A DNA stretch of 64,000 nucleotides from Heteronotia binoei (GCF_032191835.1 NC_083229.1:12958001-13022000), one strand, 5' to 3'. Shown: positions 33,512 through 44,112, numbered from the stretch's first letter. Notes: generated by a model not told the origin, from the sequence alone. Program-made: numbers and translations.

Positions 33512-33635
33512 ATCTTGATAGGACTTTAGCCATTAGGTGATAAAAACCATGGGCTGTCTTTACTGGGTAGAGAACAGGAAATGGACAGTAACATACATGA
33601 AAGGAAGTAAGAAGAGAGGGCTTTTGTTATCATTC
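33512..33635. promoter_or_regulatory. GATA/ETS cluster upstream of g4
   Basis: Same five motifs as at 14535 and 22815. Confidence 0.4.
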
Positions 33636-34809
33636 GGACTTACGGTTGCCAACCTCTGGGATGGGAATGGAGATCTGAAATTTCAACTGATCTCCAAACT
33701 ACAGTTTCTCTGGAGAAAATGGCTGCCTTAGAGGGTGGATTTTGTGGTATTATACACCAAACCCTATCTTCCCCAGGCTCTACTCCCAAAGCTGCAGGAA
33801 TCTCCCAACCTGAAGTTGGCAACCTTCGTGTGTTTATTCTATTCATGTATAATCTAGAAGGTTGAGGAGAGATAGGGTCAAGATGGCTGAGGACACCCGT
33901 TTGCTCAGGATGGCAAAATCCCAGATGAAATGTGAGAGGATTTCTTCAGATTTTTCTCCCTCTCCTAAAATGCTACAATGGGAGGGCATCCAATGAACAT
34001 AACAGGCAGTAGGTTTAGGATGGGCAGAAGGAAATGCGACTTTATGCAGAGAGTTAATCAAAATGTGGAATTAGCAGCCTGAGGATGTTGGGATGGCCGT
34101 AGGAACAAAGCTTGAAAAGGGGATTCATGGAGAATAGATCTATCAGTTTGTTGTTGTTGTTCAGTCGCACAGTCGAATCCGGCTCTTTGTGACCCCATGG
34201 ACCAAGTCACACCAGGCCCTCCTGTCTTCCACCATCCTCCGAAGTCTGCTCAAATTCGTGTTTGTTACATCAGTAACACTGTTCAGCCATCTCATCCTTT
34301 GCCGCCCCCTTCTTCTTTTGCCTTCTGTCTTTCCCAGCAGCAGGGTCTTCTCCAGTGAATGCTCCCTTCTCATTGGGTGGCTAAAGTATTTGAGCTTCAA
34401 GTTCAGCCTTTCCAGGGAACAGTCTGGGTTGATTTCCCTTAGGACTGACTGATTGGATCTTCTTGCAGTCCAAGGGAGTCTCAAGAGTCTTCTCCAGCAC
34501 CACATCTCAAAAGCGTATTTTCTCCTGCGCTCGGCCTTCCTTATGGTCCAGCTCTCACAGCCATACATTACTACTGGGAATACCATCGCTTTGACTCTAT
34601 GGACGGCTACTATCAATAGTGACTGAGTGGAACTCCACGTTCGGAGGCACTGAGCCTGTGAATCCCAGAGTCAGAAGGCAACATCAGGGGAATGCCTCAT
34701 CCTCTGCTCCTTGTTGTTGACCTTCCAGAGGAACTGGCTGGCCACTGTGTGAGACAGGATGTTGGACTAGGTGGACCACTGGTCTGATCCAGTGGGTCTC
34801 TTCTTATGT

Positions 34810-35460
34810 TCTAATGAAGGCCTCAGCCTCTATGTCCTTTTGGATGGACAGAAGGAAATACAGCTTTATGCAGAGAGTGCATAAAAATGTGGGATTCGCT
34901 GCCAGAAGATGGAGGGATGGCCACAGGAACAAACCGTTTGAAAAGGGGCCTGGGGGCAACATCAGGAGAATGCCTCGTCATCATCTGCTCCCTGGTGTTC
35001 ACCCTCCAGAGGGATTGGTTGGCCACTGTGTGAGACAGGATGCTGGACAAGGTGGACCACTGGTCTGATACAGCAGGGTCCTTCTGATGTTCTAATGAAG
35101 ACCTTGGCCTCTATGCCCTGTTGTTGGCCTTCCAGAGGAACTGGTTGGCCACTGTGTGAGACAGGATTCTGCACTAGATGGACCACTGGTCTGATCCAGC
35201 AGGGCTCTTCTGATGTTCTAATGAAGGTCTTGGTCTCTATGCTCTATTTTTGGCCCTCCAGAGGAACTGGTTGGCCACTGTGTGAGACAGGAAGCTAGAC
35301 TAGATGGACCACTGGTCTGATCCAGCAGGGTCCTTCTGATGTTCTAATGAAGGCCTTGGCCTCTATGCCCTGTTGTTGGCCATCCAGAGGAACTGGTTGA
35401 CCACTCTGTGAGACAGGATGCTGGACTAGATGGACTAGGTGGTTTGATCCAGCAGTGGTC
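34810..35460 (+). repeat. CR1 3' end with the 126-bp tandem array (about 3-4 units), paralog of 15005-15812
   Basis: atgaag at 35095, 35221, 35347. Confidence 0.85.
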
Positions 35461-36176
35461 TCGTTATGGTCTTAATGCAGCTGTGGAGGAACTGACAATG
35501 AATGGGACCAATTTCCCACCCGCCGCTCTCACGCTCCTCTTCTCAGCGGGGCTTCCGTCCGATTTCACACTATCTGCCCCGGGGCTGCAACCAGCTTCGC
35601 CTTTATCCTGCAGCAAACAGAAGCTAGTTTTTAGAGGTTTCTGTTGGCTGCGCAAAAAAGCCGAAGCTAGATGGAGCCAGCATTCCCTCTAAGCTGAGTT
35701 AGCGTGAGGCAGCTCACAGATTCTTAGCCTCCAGCTCACACCTTTTTGTCTTCGCTCTGGAAGGATAACCCCAGAGCACATTAATTGATGCAGCAGCTCA
35801 CAACTTGAAGCCCAGGTACTCGCCATGTTAATGCCAGTAGCTCACAAAGTAGAATTTTTGCTCACAAGACTCTGGCAGCTTAGAGGGAACATCGGTTGAA
35901 GCCCCGAGGCAGATAGTGCAAAATCAGACGGAAGCCCCGCTGAGAAGAGGGTGTGAGAGCAGGGTAAGGTGAGTGGGAAATCGGCCTTTCTCTCACAAAC
36001 ATCTCTATTTGACATCCTGCAAGGAGGATCTCCTCAGCTAACGCGATAAACATCAATGAGGAATTTGCCTTTCCAATGTGAGATCGATGGACTCCATCAA
36101 GGAAGCTCTGACTCTCAGTTTGCGGGACCTGAGCAAGACTGTTGATGGTAGGAGTTTTTTAGAGGTCAGTAATTAA

Positions 36177-36905
36177 GAGAAGAAGAAGAAGAAGAAGAAG
36201 AAGAAGAAGAAGAAGAAGAAGAAGAAGAAGAAGAAGAAGAAGAAGAAGATATTGGATTTATATCTCGCCCTCCACTCCGAAGAGTCTCAGAGTGGCTCAC
36301 AATCTCCTTTACCTCCGCCCCCCCCACAACAGACACCCTGTGAGGTAGATAAAGATATTGGATTTATATCCCGCCCTCCACTCCGAAGAGTTGCAGAGTG
36401 GTCACAGTCTCCTTTACCTCCCCCACAACAACAGGCATCCTGTGAGGTAGATGAAGATATTGGATTTATATCCCGCCCTCCACTCCGAAGAGTCTCAGAG
36501 TGGCTCACAATCTCCTTTACCTTCCACACCCCAACACAACAGACACTCTGAGAGGTAGATGAAGATATTGGATGTGTATCCTGCCCTCCACTCCAAAGAG
36601 TCTCAGAGCGGCTCACAATCTCCTTTACCTCCCCCCCCCCACAACAGACACCCTGTAAGGTAGATGAAGATGTTGGATTTGTATCCCGCCCTCCACTCCG
36701 AAGAGTCTCAGAGCGGCTCACAATCTCCTTTCCCTTCCTCCCCCACAACAAACACCCTGTGAGGTGGGTGGGGCTGAGAGGGCTGTCACCGCAGCTGAGC
36801 TGTGGCTGAACCAAGTCCATGCCAGCAGGTGCAAGTGCAGGAGTGCGGAATCAAACCCGGTTCTCCCAGATAAGAGTCTGCACACTTCACCGCTACACCA
36901 AACTG
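36177..36905 (-). repeat. (GAA)n of about 24 units plus Squam3-like SINE with 5 tandem tails
   Basis: Paralog of 24885-26000 with fewer tails and an expanded trinucleotide tail. Confidence 0.9.
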
Positions 36906-38077
36906 ACGCTCCAGGGCTTTTTTTTTTCGTAGCAGGATCTCCTTTGCCTATTGGGCCACACCTCCCAGATGTAGCCAATCTTCCTGGAGCTTACAGTAGG
37001 GCCTGTACAAAGAACCCTGTAAGCTCTTGGAGGATTGGCTACATCAGGGGTGTGTGGCCTAATTTGCAAAGGAGTTCCTGCTACAAAAAAAGCCCCCTGG
37101 GGCTGACATAAGTCAGAATGCGAGCATCCGCTTGGTTGCAGTCAGCTGACCTAGTCACACTAATTTGTGCTACGTGAAACTCAAGTCTGGATCCCTGCAG
37201 CATAACTTTATGTGAAATTGCAGGCAATTTTGAAGAAAACAAGCTCCAGTTTTCTCCCCCTCCTTCCTCTAAAAGAAACAAGATGAGAGACGTCTGACGA
37301 AAGCATTTATCAGCCTGGCATGCTGAATGGGTCAAAGCCTTCCGTAGCGGTTTCAAAGGTGCTAACGTCCCAATGCTTGCCAACAGCAAAGGCTATCCAG
37401 TTAATGCAACTTGATACAATCATTCCAATGATTATCTTCCGTACCTTTAGCTATGAGCATTCATTTCTCGTATCCTCCTGCAGAGGAGTCTAAGGCGACA
37501 AAGGCATGACTCTGCTCAGAAGTTTGAAAGTGAAGGGAAATAAGAAAGGTGAAGGGTGACTGGATGGGAATAAAAGGAGCAGATACTGGTAGGCATGTTG
37601 AGGCTTCATGCAGGGTTGCCAACCTCCAGACGAGGCCTGGAGATCTCAACTAACCTTCAGAGTACATAAATCAGTTTCCTGGGAGAAAGTGCCTACATCA
37701 GAGAGTGGACTGTGGCATTATATTAGAGTTGCCAATCCCCAGTTGGGGCAGGGGATCCTCCGGTTTGGAGGCCCTCCTCCTACTTCAGGGTCATCAGAAA
37801 GAGGGGGGGGGAGAATGTCTGCTGGGCACTCCATTATGGAGACCGATTCCCATAAGGTATAGTGGAAAATTGATCTGTAGGTATCTGGGGCTCTGGGGAT
37901 GGGGCTGTTTATTGAGATAGAGGCAGCAAATTTTCCGTGCAGCATTCAGTGCCTCTCCTCAAATCACCCTCCGAGTTTCAAAAAGATTGAACCAGGCAGT
38001 CCAGTTCTATGATCCCCAAATGAAGGTGCCCCTATCTTTCACTATTCCCAATGGAGGAAAGGCATTTAAAAGGTGCG

Positions 38078-38543
38078 ATCCCTGGGCCAAAGGAGGTAAA
38101 ATTGCAGAACAGCCGCGCACGGGCCTTCTCCATTGCAGCTCCATGCCTGTGGAACCAGCTCCCGGAAGAGGTGCGGGCCCTGCGGAGTCTTGACCAATTC
38201 CGCAGGGCCTGCAAGACCATCCTTTTTAGGTTGGCCTTCGCAGACTGCTGACTAAGGATGGCCGAATTGATGGACCCGCCAAAGTGACTCTGTTCAGTGA
38301 TCTTCGCCATTATGCAAATAGACAGAATAGCGCCAGGAACATCACTGTTGCTGTTAAATTACGTAAATTGGAATGATTTTTAAGATAATGTTGATTCTAA
38401 ATTACTGTATAACTTTTTAATGCTGTTTTAAAATTACTGTATAACTTTTTAATTGAATATGTTGTTAGCCGCCCTGAGCCTGCCTAGGCGGGGAGGGTGG
38501 GATATAAATAAAATTTATTATTATTATTATTATTATTATTATA
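38078..38543 (+). mobile_element. L2 LINE 3' end inserted in a hAT MITE
   Basis: Encodes RARAFSIAAPCLWNQLPEEVRALRSLDQFRRACKTILF; (ATT)n tail; empty site near 27175. Confidence 0.85.
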
Positions 38544-38899
38544 TTTAAATGTGGTGGCCAGAACTCCCTTTGGAGTTCAATTATGCTTGCTGCTGACTCC
38601 ACCCCAAAAGTCCCCAGGTATTTATTGAATTGAACCTGGTCACCCTACATTATATCCAGCTGAGGTCCCTCCCAGGGATCTACTCTCAATTCTCCAGGAA
38701 TTTCTCAATCTAGAGTTGGCAACTCTACCCATGACCACTGAGGACAGAGAGCCAATTTGCACTAGTCCCTCAGGGTAAAGATCAGTCCTTTCCCATCCAT
38801 GCATAAGCATCAAGAAGCAAGTCTGTAAATCCTACATCCAGTTCCCCAGAAGACATTTATGCAATTCCCTTTCAGGCAGGTGATTCTTTTTTGTTGGTA

Positions 38900-39245
38900 G
38901 AAAAAGCCCAGCAGAAACTCATTTGCATATTAGGCCACACCCATCGCATCACCATTTTCACACGGCTTTTGTAGGAAAGACGCAGCAGGAACTAATTTGC
39001 ATATTAGGCCACACCCATGACATCACCAGTTTCACACAATTTTTTGTAGGGGAGGCCCAGCAGGAACTCATTTGCATATTAGGCCACACCCATGGCATCA
39101 CCATTTCCATACAACCTTTTGTAGGAAAGGCCCAACAGGAACTCATTTGCATATTAGGCCACACCCATGACATCACCATTTTCACACAGCTTTTTGTAGG
39201 ACAAGCCCAGCAGGAACTCATTTGCATATTAGGCCACACACCCCG
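38900..39245 (+). repeat. Octamer-bearing minisatellite, 75-bp unit x5
   Basis: ATTTGCAT at 38921, 38995, 39070, 39145, 39220. Confidence 0.9.
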
Positions 39246-41540
39246 GATGCCCAGCCAGCTAGAACTGCGTTCCTGTGTGTTCCTGCTCAAAAAAAGCTCT
39301 GCTTACAGACAAGATGGACTAATATCTCTTAAAAAGAAAAGAAAATGTTGTCGCTATATGAGGTCTGCTGTTTTAAGAATGTATTAAAGCAATATTGTCA
39401 CCTATATAAGGACTGCTGCTTTAAGAATGTATTAGCAACACACGATACCACCTGTTTCTGAAAGTCAAGGGTACAGCAGGGTCCGGTACCTCTCTGACAA
39501 CAAGCATCCAGGAGTAGATTCCTTTTCAAGTTGGATGTTATGTGTTGGAACTGGAGTTTGGCCTTAGGGCCAGCAGAGAATTGACTGAGCTGGAGAACCT
39601 AAAACAAGAGCCACCTGGATTCAGGAAGGAGGCCCATCAGGGATCGTTAGGCCAGCTATTAACCTATAGTTGCGTGCAATGGGATGATGGTAATGGGATT
39701 CAGGAAGGAGGCCCATCAGGGATTGTTAGGCCAGCTATTAACCTATAGTTGTGTGTAATGGGATGATGGTAATGGGTTTGCCATGGCTCCCTGGTGCCAA
39801 AAAGGGTGAGGACCACTGCTCTAAATGAAATGAGACAGAGAGACATTTTACACAAGCATTTATTAGCCTGGTATGCTCACAGGTAGCAGATCCAAGGCTG
39901 CCAGCATCCTAATATTTGTCAAAAGCAAAGGCTATCAAGTCGATACAATATGACATAATCGTAGCAATTATTATTCTCAATACCATTAACGATGAGCATG
40001 GATCTCTCACATCACTCTGCAGAAAAATCTAAAGAGAAAAAGGCATGTCTCTGCTCAGAAGATAAGAAAGGTCAAGGGTAAATGGAAGGGGATAAAAGGA
40101 GCAGATGCTGGCAGCCATGCTGAAGCTTCACATAGGGTCGCCAACTTCCAGAGGTGGGGTTGCCAGGTCCAACTTAGAAGATACCTGGGGACTTTGGGGA
40201 TGGAGCCAGTAGACTTTCTCATTCCATAAAATACATACATAAATAAGCATACAGTCTTCATTTCCTCACCCCCCAGCAGCTGGCTATACTCCCAACTAAA
40301 TGAAAGTGAACACAAGCACACGCTCGCTCACTCACAAAGCAGCCAAAATAAACACAGTTTGGAAGCGCGCACTTTTGTGATCTCATTGGGACAATTTACT
40401 GACGAGTTGCTGAATGGAACCATCTCCTGTATTTCGATCAACTTCTGGAGGCCAACACAGGGAAACAAAAGGTTCTAGTTTGCCCTTTCCTATGCAAATG
40501 ACTTAAAGAATGGAGGGGCTGGGCTGGCTTCCCTAACTTTCTCACAGCTTCACAGGCTTTGGAAACAGGCGCGCGGCACTGCCAGCTCACCCCACTCACT
40601 TCCAGCCTTGCTTTTAGTGAGATTTAAAGGCACACACCCCTTCCAAATTTCTTCTAAGCCTATCGAAGTGGAAAGGTACATGGTGGCCATTGGAGCAAGG
40701 CTTCCCCCTGCTGACCAGTTGGCTGCTGGTGGGAGGAGCCTGCAAAACCGAGGGTTCCCTTGCTGGGACCTGGGGACTGGCAAGTCTATCCAGACGGGAC
40801 CTGGAGATCTCCCAGAATTACAACTGATCTCCAGACTAGAGAGATCAGTTTCCTGGGAGAAAGTGGCTACTTCAAAGGGTGGACTCTGTGGCATTATGTC
40901 TGCTGAGGTTCATCCCCAGGATCTACTCTGAAATCTCCTGGAATTTCTCAGTCCAACGTTGGCAAACCTACACATGACCTTTGAAAAAAGTGAGCCAGTT
41001 TGCACTACTCCCTCAGGGCATCATATCAGTACTTTCCCATCCCCACAGAAACAAGTCCTTAAGTCCCGCATCCAGTTCCCCAGAAGACATTTATGCGACT
41101 CCTTTACAGGCGAGAGGGCTCCCCCACCAGAGTTCCCTCTAAGCTGAGTTAGCGTGAGCTAGCGCACAGATTTTGAGCCTCCAGCTCGCACATTTTTGCG
41201 ACCCCAGAGCACAGTCATTCCTGCAGTAGCTCACAACTTTAATGCCGGGAGCTTACAAAGTAGAAGTTTTGCTCACAAGACTCTGAAGCTTAGAGGGAAC
41301 ATTGCTGCCCACCCCAGAAACTCCGAGCTCTTCCTCTCCTGTTCAACATTTCTCCTTCGTGATCACGCAATGAGAAATGGTGATGCTACTCAATGGTGTT
41401 ATAACACCAATAACCAATGTGAGGGGAGGGCCTCCAAGCCAGGGCATCCCCTGCCCCCCCCCCTGGGGATTGACAACCCTAGAAAAGTCTACAGGGATCT
41501 ACGTGCTTCAAGCTACAGGCCAGATGTTCTAATGCTGCCA

Positions 41541-42464
41541 TCACAACATTGTTCGGGTACGTGGTTGTAGTTCCATCCTGGTGTCTCTCTCCTCCTTGAA
41601 AACTCTCTGGAGGATCGCCTTCATCCTCTCCTGAAATTTGCCACCATTCCGTCTCCCAGCCAAGAAATAAATCAGCGGATTTACACTACTCTTTAGAGAG
41701 GTCCATAAACCAAAATATACTACACTTAAGGGCGCCATGAGAAAGCAGACAGTTGTCAGGATAATAAACAGGAAGAACGAGAGAAGCATCAATAAGACCG
41801 CTCTCAAAAGACTCCCACACTGACACCTTGGTGATTTCAAGCAGACTTTGAAGAGAATCAGAGTGGAGATGATCACAAGGAAGACACAAATAGAAATAAT
41901 CATATTGTCCCCTAAAAGAAATACAGGTGCATAATAATAATGTATCAAATCAATAAAATATAGAAATAAGGGCACTCCAATGAGGGCAAAAGGGAGAGCC
42001 CATATGAAGACACACACGATGGTGGACAATGCTGGTGACCGGTGGCGTTGGTACCAATTTGGGAAGAAGACAGACACGCATCTGTCAATGCTGATGGCTG
42101 TCAGGAGAAGCAGACGACTGCTGCACGTCGATAGCAAGAGACTGAGCAAAAACCAGTGAAGTTCAATAGGACACGGAGGATAGTAGTAGAAAGATGGCGT
42201 GTTGAAACATAGATCTAGCGGAAGCAGAACTGCGAGGGATCCAAAGTCAGCCACGGCCAAGTTCAGGATGTAGATGGCCAAAGGTTTGCTTTTCATACGG
42301 AAGCCAACAAGCCGGATGAGATTTCCATTCCCCACCAGTCCAATTATGCAGAAGAGAATAATGAAGACAGAGAGGATAATTTGGTCGCCAATGAAATTGA
42401 CCCATTGCAAATCTTTTCTGTCTTTGTGGGAGAATAAGGTCTTAAGGTTGAACCCATCCGTCAT
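41541..42464 (-). CDS. MAS-related GPCR, gene g5, 307 aa (ATG at 42464; the ORF track's 392 aa starts at an intronic GTG)
   Basis: MTDGFNLK start aligns with g3/g4; ISIDRC, SLKSSVNPLIY; acceptor cttttgtcctcgcag|gag at 42519. Confidence 0.94.
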   Translation of the reverse strand: MTDGFNLKTLFSHKDRKDLQWVNFIGDQIILSVFIILFCIIGLVGNGNLIRLVGFRMKSKPLAIYILNLAVADFGSLAVLLPLDLCFNTPSFYYYPPCPIELHWFLLSLLLSTCSSRLLLLTAISIDRCVSVFFPNWYQRHRSPALSTIVCVFIWALPFALIGVPLFLYFIDLIHYYYAPVFLLGDNMIISICVFLVIISTLILFKVCLKSPRCQCGSLLRAVLLMLLSFFLFIILTTVCFLMAPLSVVYFGLWTSLKSSVNPLIYFLAGRRNGGKFQERMKAILQRVFKEERDTRMELQPRTRTML

Positions 42465-43293
42465 GTTTGTGTTCAGTTTGCGGGATGGTTGATTTCTGCT
42501 TGTCTTAGGCCACCACTCCTGCGAGGACAAAAGAGGTAGCAGAGGGGGATTCAGTTCTTGCAGTGGAGCTGAACCAACAATGTAGCTCAGGGGTGGCCAA
42601 CGGTAGCTCTCCAGATGTTTTTTGCCTACAACTTCCCTCAGCCCCAGCCAGCAGGGCTGATGGCTGGGGCTGATGGGAGTTGTAGGCAAAAAAACATCTG
42701 GAGAGCTACCGTTGGCCACCCCTGATGTAGCTCAACGATGTCCACCTGGTAGTTGCCAGATGGGGTTCCCCCAACTTTAGGCCCCACCACCCTGCAGCTA
42801 TATAAGTTGTTGTTCCCCCCCAGTCAGCAGGGATCCTCTCTAAAATCTCATCCATATAAGGATATCTCTCTAAATTATAAAAGAAGAATTGCAGATTTAT
42901 ACCCCGCCCTTCTCTCTGAATCAGAAACTCAGAGCGGCTTACAATGTATCTTCTTCCCCCACAACAGACACCCTGTGAGGTGGGTGGGCCCGAGAGAGCT
43001 CTCCCAGAAGTTGCCCTTTCAAGGACAGCTCTTTGAGAGGTTACGGCTGATCGAAGGCCATTCCAGCAGGTGTGAGTGGACGAGTGGGGAATCAAACCCG
43101 GTTCTCTCAGATAAGAGTCCGCACACTTAACCACTACACCAAACTGGCTCTCACTGGCAATCACTACAGCTACCTAACACCATATTTATATACAGTAGAT
43201 ATTCAGGATATATTTACTTGCTGCAGAATTTCCTGGGTTTTAAAAGGGAGAAGCAAACAAAAGTTACATTTTTTACATAGGTCTAAAACTTAC

Positions 43294-43452
43294 TGCTCTG
43301 TGGTGAGTACAGTAGAAAGCTGGTCTGCTATCAGGTACTGGGATGGAAAGACTTCCAAGGAAGTTCAAACTTCGACAGGACCAGTAATGTGCCTCGTCAA
43401 ACTCAATGCAAGTTGGATAGGAGACGCAACCCGGACTATGTCTTTTCTTTGT
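43294..43452 (-). other. Predicted non-coding 5'UTR exon of g5
   Basis: Donor GCA|GTAAGT at 43293; ATG-free on the minus strand. Confidence 0.5.
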
Positions 43453-43737
43453 CTGCTTGCAAATATCTTATGACAAAACATAAAACTGTTCTCTAATCAG
43501 CTGTCCAGATAGCCATCAGTAGATTGATTATGTTGAGGCTCTGGCTGTGAAAAGAGTCTATATCAGCAGTGGCCAAACTGTGGCTCAGGAACCATCTATG
43601 GCTCTTTAACACATATTGTGTGGCTCTTGAAACCTCCCCCCCCCACTTCCTGTTGGCCGGGTTGGAGAAGGCATTTCTCTCCAAGCTGGCAGCTTGGAGA
43701 AGGCATTTAAAGTTAAAGTTGCTTTCTTTACACTTCT

Positions 43738-43909
43738 NNNNNNNNNNNNNNNNNNNNNNNNNNNNNNNNNNNNNNNNNNNNNNNNNNNNNNNNNNNNNNN
43801 NNNNNNNNNNNNNNNNNNNNNNNNNNNNNNNNNNNNNNNNNNNNNNNNNNNNNNNNNNNNNNNNNNNNNNNNNNNNNNNNNNNNNNNNNNNNNNNNNNNN
43901 NNNNNNNNN
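43738..43909. other. Assembly gap (172 N)
   Basis: N run at the same paralogous polypyrimidine tract. Confidence 0.98.
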
Positions 43910-44112
43910 TCTGACATCTATTCTATGTGCCTCTTAGATTAAGCAACTTTGGCCACCCCTGGTCTATATACTGGAAAAAAACAACAACACTCTTGAGAAC
44001 AACAGATTTGGAATCAATCTGGAATGGAAATGAACCTGTTATTCCTGAACAATGTAATTTTTTTTCAAAAAAATGTTATTTTGTTTCTACCACAATTGTC
44101 TGGAAAATTGTC

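Noticed and set aside
2804-42492. Short antisense and alternate-frame ORFs overlapping the GPCR genes
   Set aside because: Shadow ORFs of hydrophobic coding sequence
41541-42719. 392-aa version of g5 with a long N-terminus
   Set aside because: Starts at a GTG inside an intronic MITE, upstream of the conserved acceptor at 42519; the ATG at 42464 aligns with g3 and g4
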